Origin: Candidatus Latescibacterota bacterium
Lineage (GTDB): Bacteria > Latescibacterota > UBA2968 > UBA8231
Length of the DNA: 64,000 bases
Reading direction: 5' to 3'
Assembly (NCBI GenBank): GCA_965206595.1
Contig: OZ242214.1
Span: forward strand, 640,001 to 704,000
A program made the position numbers and the translations under genes. Under the pieces are notes generated by a model. The model saw only the letters and a program-made list of their open reading frames with translations, searched no databases and was not told the DNA's origin. Positions 29,789 to 39,172 of this stretch are shown in pieces. The first letter of the stretch is position 1. The number at the start of each line of letters is the position of its first letter.

Positions 29789-32050
29789 CTAAGCCTCTTC
29801 TTTCAGGATAGATCTGAGACGGGCAGCATCAACGATTCTACCGCATCGATCGAACGCCTTTAGCAGTAAGGGATGGACTCGGCGGCGTGTCTCTGAAGAC
29901 GAGTGAGTTTCCAACGGTGCTAAAATTTCAATTATGCGCTGATACGAACCCTTTCTTTCTAGAGCACGGGCAAGTGCAACGCAACATATTGGGTCATTGG
30001 GTTCCTCTTCGCGCGCTTGCTCGAACTTTTCGATGGCTCGATCAGTCGCATCGGGCTCGCCAGAGTCCCGCAGAAGCATGCCAAATTCCCGGCAGATGAG
30101 GGCTCGTTCATGGCCTCGGCTAGGAGCATTAGCAAAAGCACGCTCATAGAGGATCAATGCGCTTGCTTTGTTGTTCCTCTCATGTCGTTCGAATTCGCCA
30201 AACTCGCGCGCAGCTCTCCAGCTTCTCGGGTTCCTTTGCAAAGCCTGCTCGAACATCCGATCGGCCGCATCAAAGTCCCCTCGATGTCTTGCCGCCTTCG
30301 CGAGATCTACGAGCGACTCCTCACTAGAGCCGCGTCCGTGCCGAATCTCTCGAACAACCTGACGTTCCTGAGGATTCCTTATATCCGTTGCTTCATACCA
30401 ATCAGACAGCTTGCGGCGAATCTGTGGTTCGAGTTCCCTCTCTTTGATGACTTCGGAATATGCGAATGATCGAACAATAGGGAGTAAGGTGTAACAGTAA
30501 TCATTGAAATCGGGGTCGAAAAGCCGCTGTATCAGGGCGTCTGATATAAGGTCTTCAGTTGCATCCATGACGGTATGATGAGGATAGGAGCAGCCGATCT
30601 GAAGTGCCTCTGCCGAAATTGGCCGCTGAAAGAGAGAAAGCACTTGTAGAATTCGTCTCTCGTAGCCTGACATGTCATCAAATACTCGCCTGAAGCAGAA
30701 TTCAAGCAACTCCTCTCCTTTAGGACGTCTAAGTCTTTGAGTGATTTCGTCAGATTGACGCACCGCGTCCGCGGCCGACTTGAAATGAGTGAGAGACCAG
30801 CGAATCGCTAAGGGAATTCCATCGCAGGCACTTCCGATCACCTCTGCTTCCGAATTAGACAGTTCACCGATGTAGCTGAGTCCATTCTCATTGGCGAGAG
30901 ATTTTATGAAGGTGCGCGCCTCCTTGTCGGTCAAGGGTCCCAAATCAACGGGATGGACAGACACTCGTATTGTACTGCGCCTTGAAGTCGTGATCGCCCT
31001 TACGCCAACGGGTAGATTGTCGAGAAACCGCACGAGTCGCGGATCGTCGACCGTTTCGAGATTGTCGACGTAGAGAAGGCCATTGCTGTTCGTGAGAACT
31101 TCACGGGCAAGTACTTCCTTTTCGCTTGAATTAGCCGTCTTTAATTCTGGCAAGTCGAGAACCTCACTGATGGCCTGTAGGAGTCCTTCGAAGCTTGTGA
31201 TGCCCTGGCTCAAGGCTCGTATCCCCGATGATGTCAGCTCGCGATCCTTGGCAGTGACCGATATGATGAAATCAAATTGATTCTTGCTGTACGCCCGCAT
31301 GACCGCCCAAGTGGCGAGAGCAGTTTTCCCAGCACCTCCAATGCCAACAATCGCGGTCACCGCGGTTCGGGGATCTGAGAGCGCCGTCATGACGGCTCGG
31401 CAGGGTTCTTTTCTCTCTACAAAAACCTTGTACTCTGGTGCAAGGATGCGAAAGAACGGAACATCAACCTCATAGACTCGTCCGAGAGTGGGTGCAGATA
31501 GATTCCTTGAACTCTCAGCTGTTTCTTGCGGGTCGAGGACTTTGCTCTCGTCCCCGTCCCTGATTGCCGAATACCCCTTCCGGAAGCGGCACTTGCCATC
31601 GGTCTCTGGGGCGTCACCAGAGAATCTTACAAGAACGGGCCCCCTTGGAGGTATCACCGCGAGACCGAGGTATCTTTGATCTGCTTGGATGAAGTGGCGG
31701 TGGTATTCGACCCAGACTCGATCGCCGAGGAACCGACGCAGTTGATCATTGACCAGCTTGCTATCCAGCCGCCTACTGCAACCATGGAAGGTGAAATCAG
31801 TATCGCTTACCCCGAAAATTAAAACACCACCTTGCTTGTTGTGGAAGGCCAGTACGTCCACGGCCACCTCCGCCCACGCGTTGTGATTATGCTTCCCACG
31901 ATGCGGGCAATCGGCTTTGTAGTCCCAAAGGTCTGACTCAGTCCGGAAACCATGACGGACTACAGGCGGATTCCCTTCAAACATCAGGGCTGAGACGCTC
32001 TCGAGATCTCGCTGTTTGATTGCTTTCTCAAGGTCTTTATTTCTGTCCAT
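29789..32050 (-). CDS. NLR-like protein: Schlafen/AlbA_2 - NB-ARC (STAND) - TPR
   Basis: N-terminal ESDLWDYK...LAFHNKQGGVLIFGV. NB-ARC motifs GIGGAGKT, YVDNLE, ITTSR and GIPLAI. C-terminal TPR-like helices. Confidence 0.88.
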   Translation of the reverse strand: MDRNKDLEKAIKQRDLESVSALMFEGNPPVVRHGFRTESDLWDYKADCPHRGKHNHNAWAEVAVDVLAFHNKQGGVLIFGVSDTDFTFHGCSRRLDSKLVNDQLRRFLGDRVWVEYHRHFIQADQRYLGLAVIPPRGPVLVRFSGDAPETDGKCRFRKGYSAIRDGDESKVLDPQETAESSRNLSAPTLGRVYEVDVPFFRILAPEYKVFVERKEPCRAVMTALSDPRTAVTAIVGIGGAGKTALATWAVMRAYSKNQFDFIISVTAKDRELTSSGIRALSQGITSFEGLLQAISEVLDLPELKTANSSEKEVLAREVLTNSNGLLYVDNLETVDDPRLVRFLDNLPVGVRAITTSRRSTIRVSVHPVDLGPLTDKEARTFIKSLANENGLSYIGELSNSEAEVIGSACDGIPLAIRWSLTHFKSAADAVRQSDEITQRLRRPKGEELLEFCFRRVFDDMSGYERRILQVLSLFQRPISAEALQIGCSYPHHTVMDATEDLISDALIQRLFDPDFNDYCYTLLPIVRSFAYSEVIKERELEPQIRRKLSDWYEATDIRNPQERQVVREIRHGRGSSEESLVDLAKAARHRGDFDAADRMFEQALQRNPRSWRAAREFGEFERHERNNKASALILYERAFANAPSRGHERALICREFGMLLRDSGEPDATDRAIEKFEQAREEEPNDPICCVALARALERKGSYQRIIEILAPLETHSSSETRRRVHPLLLKAFDRCGRIVDAARLRSILKEEA

Positions 32051-32168
32051 TGCATCGCCTCCTTTGCCTCAAAGCCTTTCGAAATAAGTCCTTTGGAAAT
32101 CGCCCTATCCCTTAATCTGTTTCCGCTTAGTTTCCAGTCATAGGGCCGATGCTTTGTCCCGCAGAGTG

Positions 32169-33380
32169 TCAATCAGCCGCTTTGCATGCGGGGAGGTGGC
32201 GGTCACCTTCCAACCCGCCCCTCATCCAAAGTTCCCCGAGACTGTATCGCTCAAGCCAGCAGGCGAGCTCCTCTTTATCAAGGCGTTTCAACCCAGTTTG
32301 TCCTTCACGTTTTTTGCATACGACGATGCTTTCGGGCATCTCTCTGAGCGCATCGACGATTATTTCCGAATGGGTGGTGACGATCAACTGGCACCGCTCC
32401 GATGTCTCGCGCAGGATGTCGGCGAGGCCCGGAAGGATGTCGGGATGGAGACCCAGTTCCGGTTGCTCGATACAAACGAGCGGCGGCGGGTTCGGGTGGC
32501 AGAGAATGGCGAGCAGGCAGAGGTAGCGGATGGTACTGTCCGATAGCCGCATGGGGGGAACGATGATGTTGCCCTCCTGGAGAATCACCTGGACGGTGCC
32601 GCCCTCTATGATCACGTCGAAGTCCACGATGTCTTCGTAGAGATCCCGCAAGGCATGCAGGAACTCTCCCCTGGCCTTTGGTTCTCGTCTCAGACGGTTC
32701 AAGACCAAGCCGAGGTTATGGCCGCCCTCCATCAGGAAATCGTTAGGCAGGGCGGCGTCCTGGGGCCGTTGCGGCGGCGTGTTCCGGCCGAAGGACCATT
32801 CACGATACAGCCGTATGCGGGAGTACATGTCCCCGAGCCGAGTAAGTTCCGGGTAAAAATCGGGATCCCGGCGCTGGGCAAGCACGGACTGCTGGGGGTT
32901 GAGGTCGCCGGTGCGCAACTGTCTCTGGATTCCGTCCTTGCAATTCAGGACCGCGTGGCCACCGTGCCGCTCGAAGTAGATACAGGGCTTGTCGTGGCCG
33001 GGATATGCTCTCTCGGTTTCTATCTGTTCGTCAGTCAACTCGAAACGTTGCCCCTTCTCCGTAAAGGTGAGGCGGTGGCGCAGGGCCTGATTGCCATTCG
33101 GGTTGTCCAGAACCGCCTCGACGTGAGCAGACCGTGCCTGGGGTTCCCCTTTCCATATCCAATCGCCGACACCGCCGCCGTCAATGATGGGCGTCGTCAA
33201 CTCCTTCGGCGCGGCTTTCAACAGCCCAATTGCCTCTATGAGATTCGATTTGCCGGACCCGTTCGGACCGATCAGCACGTTGAGCGGCCCGAGATCCAGT
33301 TCCTGCTCGTTCGGGCCAAACGAGAGTATGTTCTTGAGCTTGATTCGGTGCATGAACATCGTGCTTGCTACCTCAACCAA
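32169..33380 (-). CDS. AAA_21 ABC-type ATPase with degenerate catalytic motifs
   Basis: Walker A IGPNGSGKSN and H-loop VTTHS are intact, but the signature reads LSDST and Walker B reads IEQPE. The start may be ATG 33359. Confidence 0.85.
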   Translation of the reverse strand: MVEVASTMFMHRIKLKNILSFGPNEQELDLGPLNVLIGPNGSGKSNLIEAIGLLKAAPKELTTPIIDGGGVGDWIWKGEPQARSAHVEAVLDNPNGNQALRHRLTFTEKGQRFELTDEQIETERAYPGHDKPCIYFERHGGHAVLNCKDGIQRQLRTGDLNPQQSVLAQRRDPDFYPELTRLGDMYSRIRLYREWSFGRNTPPQRPQDAALPNDFLMEGGHNLGLVLNRLRREPKARGEFLHALRDLYEDIVDFDVIIEGGTVQVILQEGNIIVPPMRLSDSTIRYLCLLAILCHPNPPPLVCIEQPELGLHPDILPGLADILRETSERCQLIVTTHSEIIVDALREMPESIVVCKKREGQTGLKRLDKEELACWLERYSLGELWMRGGLEGDRHLPACKAAD

Positions 33381-33422
33381 TCAGAACGGTCCGCGTTGCA
33401 ACCGGGGAAGTGATCACCGTGC

Positions 33423-35150
33423 TCACCCGGGCTGCCGAATCAGCGCGATCAGCGCTGCCGTAAATCCTGCGATTTCTTCCGGGGTCCCTTCGTTCGCGAC
33501 TTTTCGTAGCGCCCTTCCTATTTCTTTGTCATTGTCCTTGTGCATTGCCACGTAATTCACCGCACTTTGCAGGTCCAGCGGTTTTGACCCTGATGGTGTC
33601 TCCGGCAACGGCTGCGAAACCGTTTGATTCGGCATACGGTTGCTGTCCGTTTTTTGGCCGCTTGTTTCTCCCGGTTGAGGATCGCGGGCCACAGACGACG
33701 CATGCGCCGTGGACTGTGTTTCCGGACCTGCGTCGATTTCCGTGGGATGGACCTCGAGACTTCCGCGACGTTTGATCAGCAACGTCTGCCCCGTTTCCAG
33801 CCTGATCCACTGCCATTTGAAACCGCCGCTCGGAGGCCCAATTGGTTCACTCATCCCTTTGGCGCCACCCAAGCCCCGGACGTGCAGTGCTCCATCCTTG
33901 GTGCAAGTCAATGCGTCGGCGCGTGCATTCGGTGCCGACCAGTGCAGCAGGTCCGGATACCGATGCCCCTTTGGTTGGCCGCCCTCCGCGATCTTCGCCA
34001 ACCGGTCCGCCTCGGATCGAAACAGATCGGCATCGAGGACCTCGATTGGTGGATCCGATTCCGAGGTTACACCAAGGATCGCGCCCGCCATTGTCGCAAT
34101 GGTGTCGGTATCCGTACCAATTGCGTTAGCGGCCACGCGCAGGGCTTCCTCCGGCCGCGTTTCACACCATGTCAAACCCACCGCCGCAACTGCCGTGAGC
34201 ATGCCGCTACCTCGCCGTTCCGGCTTGCGGAGCCCCAGGCGATCAATGATCAGGGAGTAGGAGGAAGGGTCGGCGCTCGCAGGGTTCATGCCTGCAACTT
34301 GAATTGCCTCCCTGCACTCGACAATCGCCTTGGACCACGCCTCATCGAAGGCACCCGACTCCCGCTCGAAGGCGGTTCGCCAATAGCTTCCAGTCTCAAT
34401 GTCGCTCTGCATGATGTCAGGCAGGTTCGCGGCAACTTCAGTGACCGCCAGCAGGTCTTCCGGCGACGGATGGCGCCCGGTGGCCATGGTATGCGCGAGC
34501 GACAAGGCGTGAAGAACCGCACCTAACAGCCCGGTCGGATGGGAGTGGGTACAGACCGTGTTGCGGACCACGTCCGGAAGGAATTCCTCCGCCTCGAGCG
34601 AGCGCGCCGCCCACACATGCGGTTGAATCCGCATCGCCGCGCCGTTGCCGCCCGACTCGGTCCAACCTTTGAAACTGTTGGCAAACCACGATGTCCTGGG
34701 TTTGGTCAGGTTGAGCGCTGCGGCGCTGGTGGACTTTCCTGCACCAAGCGCATAGCCAAGCCATACCGGAAGTTCGACCTTGGCGAATGCCTCGACGTCG
34801 AAACCGTCGGGACGAATGGCCCGACCTGTGGCAAGACGCAATTGGGTGTCGTCGGAATAGCAGCCCACGGGAAGCGAAGCCGTGATGCCTGCGCGACCGC
34901 CGATCCGCCGCTTCCATGCGACAGGCTTGCATAGGGGCGCGCCGCCGGTTCGTCTTCTGAGTCCGGCCTCGTTGGTCATTTCACTGATCCACCCCAGGGC
35001 ATCGCCGTACGCGGCCCACAACGATGATCGCCGGATTTGGCCGTCTCGGCCGGCGACCTTGGTTGCCACATCTCGCGGCTGGTCGGGGACGCGGCTCACC
35101 GCTGTCGTGGCTCGGGCGTGGGGGTGACGTTCTGTAACGTGCGCATCCAA
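33423..35150 (-). CDS. ADP-ribosylglycohydrolase (ARH/DraG family) with C-terminal extension
   Basis: Motifs AYGDALG, YSDDTQL, GNGAAMR, THSHP and GTDTDTIATMAGAILG. Begins about 10 bp downstream of brxC. Confidence 0.9.
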   Translation of the reverse strand: MDAHVTERHPHARATTAVSRVPDQPRDVATKVAGRDGQIRRSSLWAAYGDALGWISEMTNEAGLRRRTGGAPLCKPVAWKRRIGGRAGITASLPVGCYSDDTQLRLATGRAIRPDGFDVEAFAKVELPVWLGYALGAGKSTSAAALNLTKPRTSWFANSFKGWTESGGNGAAMRIQPHVWAARSLEAEEFLPDVVRNTVCTHSHPTGLLGAVLHALSLAHTMATGRHPSPEDLLAVTEVAANLPDIMQSDIETGSYWRTAFERESGAFDEAWSKAIVECREAIQVAGMNPASADPSSYSLIIDRLGLRKPERRGSGMLTAVAAVGLTWCETRPEEALRVAANAIGTDTDTIATMAGAILGVTSESDPPIEVLDADLFRSEADRLAKIAEGGQPKGHRYPDLLHWSAPNARADALTCTKDGALHVRGLGGAKGMSEPIGPPSGGFKWQWIRLETGQTLLIKRRGSLEVHPTEIDAGPETQSTAHASSVARDPQPGETSGQKTDSNRMPNQTVSQPLPETPSGSKPLDLQSAVNYVAMHKDNDKEIGRALRKVANEGTPEEIAGFTAALIALIRQPG

Positions 35151-35159
35151 GTGCTCGCC

Positions 35160-38100
35160 TCAACTGATTACAATGGGCCCTTGCTTCACTTCCTGCAGCA
35201 GATCCTGCTCCGTCTTCCTGACCCATGCGTTGACCTCCTCCGCCGTGCGCAGGGTTGGGCTCTCCAGTTTCACGTGACGGATCTCCGGCTCGACGAGCTT
35301 GTCCGCTTCTGCCCGGGCTTCCGCGAACAAGTGCGGGAGGGCCGCCGTGCGCGTCCGCCAGCCGTCGAGGGAAATGCGTCCGAGAGACTCCAGCACTTCC
35401 TGCTCGCTTCCGGTCGCGCCTGTCGATGCCTTCGAAATGTGCAGTCGCGCGAAGATCTCTTCGCGATATTTCGGCTCGATCCGGCCCCAGCTCTCCGTCT
35501 CTTTCAGGCGTTTCTGCTCCACTTCATATGTCTCGGCGTAACGCTTCTGAGATTCTGCTAGCTCAGTCCGCAGCGCATTTGTCAGATTCGCCGCGAGCCC
35601 GGGCACCGGGTCCGATGCGTCGAGCAGGCGCCGGTCAGCGACGATCGCTTCGATCTGGAGCTTCGCCTCCTTCGCTGGGTCCAGACCTTCGGCGTGGCGG
35701 GCAAGGGCTCGCAAGCGTTCGAACCCTGGAAGACGCTCGCTTCTTACCCTGCCTGCCTTGGTCCAGTCCTTGAAGTTAGCCGCGAGCTGGTCGTGCTGGC
35801 CCAGAACGGCCAGGAGCTGCTCGTTGCCGGCAAGCGACTGAAGGTCCGACAGATGGCGGGTATCCGGGCGCTCTGGCAGCGGGGCATCACCGCCCGCGTT
35901 CCGGGCAAGCTCCTCCAGCTTTTGCAACAACCGGCCTGCGGCCTCGGACTCCTCGTTCGGCTTGCACTCGATTTCCGCTGTCTGGAAGAGACTGCGCAGC
36001 TTCAGGCGCTGCCGGGTATCGATGGTAGCGCTCTCGATCCGGAAGTCGGTGTTCGCCACTTTCCCCTGATCGAGGCCCCGTGACTTCAGCGCCACGCCGT
36101 TCGCGGATGCCCGCAAGTGCCCGGTTTCAAAGAGGCTGATGAGGGCGGCGTCGATGGCGTCGCGCGGCCAGCCAAAGGGCGGACCGGAGAAGTGCGAACG
36201 GACCTCCTTTCCCTTTTTTCCGGAACCCACCGACTCCATCACGCCTGAGCACACCGGGTGCTCCTCGGTCTTGCCGCTGTATTCCAGGGCTTCCAGCGGG
36301 TGCTCCGCGCCCCGGCGGGCGCGCTCGATCACGTTCGGCCACCGGTGGTCGTCGGCGTCCCCGAAGCGGTGGAAAAGCCGGTCAAGGGAGGCATTCGCAG
36401 CTTCCGTTGTTTTCTCAGACAGGCTCAACTCCAATCGTTCATTACCTCCGCCCTGGAAAACTTTTGCGCCGTTGATGATTTCGGCCACCAGCGCCTTCTG
36501 CGCGTTCTCCGCCTGGGCGTGGCGGGTCTCCATTCCCTGGCGCGCCTCGGTGCCTTCGTCCCCTGCAGGCACGCCCTTGAAATCAAGCGTCTCCCTTGCG
36601 GCACTGCTTTCGGCGATGCGGCGGGCGAGTTCATCGGCGCGGGTCCTGGGCACGAAAACGTGGAGCACGGGGCTGTCAGGTCCGGCCGCGCGCGCGTCGG
36701 CGATCACGCTGCTCTCATCGGCTCCCCATCCATCCCGTATCCACACCGGGATGTCGAGGGCGCCTTCCGGCGGGGGCTCGGCACCGAAGTGCAGCGAGAG
36801 CTTCCGAGGCTCCTTGGACCTTCCGTGAGGCAGCCGCACGGACTTCACGGCATCCTGCACCGCGGAGCCGAGGAGCTGGCTGCGCCTGCTGCTCATGCTC
36901 GCCAGATCGTTGGCAAGCCGGCTCTGCCTGTTGCGGAACTCGGCTTCCCATTCGCTGCTCTCCCGTGTCTGCAGGCTGTACTCGTCCTCGAGCTTCATCA
37001 GCGTGCCCGCTTCCACTAGCTCCTGGAGGAGCGCCGGGAGCCGTCCGCGCAGGGCGGCCCCGTCCCTGGCCAGGTCCTCCACCAACAGATCCGCCAGCGC
37101 CTCGGCAGTGGCACGCACTCCGATGTCGGCGCCGGCTTCGCGCGGGAGCCTGCGGATCAGGAACACCAGGGCGCAGAGCCGGGACTTGAGCTCGCCATCG
37201 GAGGTGCCGTCCCGCAGCTTGACGATGGTCTCGTGAAGCTCGCGCAGCAGCATGCCGGAGTTCAGCAGGTTGGTCTCCAGCTCCTCGAACAGGAAGTTCG
37301 CCGACACCACCGTACCGAGCGGTTTATCGGCCGTGCGGCGGATGGCTTCGTAGACGATGTGCAGCTGCGTGCGCAACTGACCCGCCATCCCCGCGCGGTC
37401 GACGGCGCGCAGGGTGTGTTCCCAGAAGCGCCGGCGAACGGGAAGCAACGGGTAATCTTCCACCAGGACCTGCTTGTCCTCGCCGCGGGGGCTGATGCGG
37501 CTGCCCACGAGGTGACGGTCGATCTCTCCGGCGCTCGCTTCCATGGCAGCCTCGATGTTGTTGACACGGTCCTGACGTTTCGCCAGGACGACCCGCCGGA
37601 TCACGGTCTCCACGTCCTGGTCGGACAACTCCACGTTGATCCTGAAACGGCCCTGGAGACGCTGCAGCGCCGCGGTGCCCGACAACGCCGTCTGTCCGGT
37701 GCCCACGAAGAGCAGGCGGTCGCCGAACCGCTTGCTGCAGGCTTCGACCAGATCCTGGACGATATAGGAGCGGTCGGTGCCCTCTCCGATGTACTGTTGC
37801 ACCTCGTCGAGGACGATGACGGTGCAGGGCATCCCGCCGTCGGGAGCCAAGGTGTCCTGCAATGCGGCGATGAATCCGTCCGTGGTGATGTCATTTGGCT
37901 TTGGAAACTGGGCGCGCAACGCCGCCCTGGCTTCCCTTTCGCTGTTGGCGAAGCCGGGGTCCGCGGCGAGCAGTGCCTTGGCGATGAGCGGGCTCACGTA
38001 GAGGTCGTTCAGCTCACGCCGAAACTCCCGGCCTTCCTTTTCGACAGCATCACGTACCTGCTGGAAGATGTCCTCCTTCTTGAGCCAGAGGCAGAACTGC

Positions 38101-38600
38101 GCCTGGGGGTAGCTCTCGGGGAGTTTCGCGGATTTGAACACGATCCCGAGCAACGCGAGCCGGACGCTATCCCCGGCGCCGTCGAGCGTTCCGGCCGCGG
38201 CGTGCAGTCCATTCCCCCGCCGGCCGAGGGTGGAGATCTCGGTCAACAGTTCCTGCACGTCGGCCGGCAACCGGGCGAGGCCCCGGGCGTTGGCGCCGTC
38301 CTCGGGGAAGGTGTGGTCCGTCCACAGGAAGCGCAGCATCTTCGCCAGGTGCGACTTGCCGCTGCCGAAGAAACCGCTGATCCAGGCAGCCGGCTGCTCC
38401 GGCTGACCTTGGTGGCTGATGTAGGATTCCAGGATGCGAACGAGCCCGCTGCGGTACTGTCCTTCGCAGACGAAATGCTCCAGCTCGAAGCGGAGCGTGC
38501 GGCGCTCCTCGTCGGTGGCCGCGTCGGTCACGGCCGCGACGCCGTTGTTCAGGAGCGTGATCTTGTCGGGATCTTTCTGGTAGACCGCCCGGTTCTTCAT
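35160..38600 (-). CDS. brxC: BREX P-loop ATPase BrxC
   Basis: Motifs WISGFFGSGKSH, VLDEVQQYIG, TGQ, LQGRF, YPLLP and PPFGWPRD; 1146 aa. Confidence 0.95.
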   Translation of the reverse strand: MKNRAVYQKDPDKITLLNNGVAAVTDAATDEERRTLRFELEHFVCEGQYRSGLVRILESYISHQGQPEQPAAWISGFFGSGKSHLAKMLRFLWTDHTFPEDGANARGLARLPADVQELLTEISTLGRRGNGLHAAAGTLDGAGDSVRLALLGIVFKSAKLPESYPQAQFCLWLKKEDIFQQVRDAVEKEGREFRRELNDLYVSPLIAKALLAADPGFANSEREARAALRAQFPKPNDITTDGFIAALQDTLAPDGGMPCTVIVLDEVQQYIGEGTDRSYIVQDLVEACSKRFGDRLLFVGTGQTALSGTAALQRLQGRFRINVELSDQDVETVIRRVVLAKRQDRVNNIEAAMEASAGEIDRHLVGSRISPRGEDKQVLVEDYPLLPVRRRFWEHTLRAVDRAGMAGQLRTQLHIVYEAIRRTADKPLGTVVSANFLFEELETNLLNSGMLLRELHETIVKLRDGTSDGELKSRLCALVFLIRRLPREAGADIGVRATAEALADLLVEDLARDGAALRGRLPALLQELVEAGTLMKLEDEYSLQTRESSEWEAEFRNRQSRLANDLASMSSRRSQLLGSAVQDAVKSVRLPHGRSKEPRKLSLHFGAEPPPEGALDIPVWIRDGWGADESSVIADARAAGPDSPVLHVFVPRTRADELARRIAESSAARETLDFKGVPAGDEGTEARQGMETRHAQAENAQKALVAEIINGAKVFQGGGNERLELSLSEKTTEAANASLDRLFHRFGDADDHRWPNVIERARRGAEHPLEALEYSGKTEEHPVCSGVMESVGSGKKGKEVRSHFSGPPFGWPRDAIDAALISLFETGHLRASANGVALKSRGLDQGKVANTDFRIESATIDTRQRLKLRSLFQTAEIECKPNEESEAAGRLLQKLEELARNAGGDAPLPERPDTRHLSDLQSLAGNEQLLAVLGQHDQLAANFKDWTKAGRVRSERLPGFERLRALARHAEGLDPAKEAKLQIEAIVADRRLLDASDPVPGLAANLTNALRTELAESQKRYAETYEVEQKRLKETESWGRIEPKYREEIFARLHISKASTGATGSEQEVLESLGRISLDGWRTRTAALPHLFAEARAEADKLVEPEIRHVKLESPTLRTAEEVNAWVRKTEQDLLQEVKQGPIVIS

Positions 38601-38614
38601 TGCCGATATCCTTC

Positions 38615-39172
38615 TCAGTCTTCCTGCGCAGTAATCGGAACCGCGAGGTAGTTCCAGCCGTCCCGTGCGTCCAGCAGGCGATAGTTGCCGTCTTCATACT
38701 CGCCGGGGAAGAACACGGCGATCCGGCCTCTGACATTCCCCTCTACCGCCTTCATCAGCTCCGACACCCGGACGAAACCGAAAAGGGAAGCAATGCCGTA
38801 GACCCCGACGACCGTGTGGTCATCCGCTTCCGGCCCCGTCAGCTTCTGGCGTACAAGTCCGGCCACGTGCGCCAGGAATTCGTCGTCGAGCTTGAGCTCC
38901 AGGTCTTGAGGGGACTCGAAGTAGCTGTCCCGGTAATCCAGGGCAGCCATCCACTCGGCGAAGGCAGCGGTCAGGTCGCATTCGATCCAGCGGTGCCCCG
39001 CCTCCTTGGTCGCCAGCTCGAAGAGGGTCATGCGCGCCCGCAGCCGCCGCTCGTCCGTCCTGTCGTACTGGATGAATATGGTGCGCTGCGCCCCCGCCAG
39101 ATCCTTCTGCCATGGAAGGGCGATGTAGCGTTTGTAGCACTCGGCGAGTCTGTCGATGCGCCCCACGATCAA
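38615..39172 (-). CDS. brxB: BREX protein BrxB (DUF1788)
   Basis: C-terminal FFPGEY...YRLLDARDGWNYLA. Lies between brxA and brxC. The start may be GTG 39166. Confidence 0.9.
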   Translation of the reverse strand: MIVGRIDRLAECYKRYIALPWQKDLAGAQRTIFIQYDRTDERRLRARMTLFELATKEAGHRWIECDLTAAFAEWMAALDYRDSYFESPQDLELKLDDEFLAHVAGLVRQKLTGPEADDHTVVGVYGIASLFGFVRVSELMKAVEGNVRGRIAVFFPGEYEDGNYRLLDARDGWNYLAVPITAQED

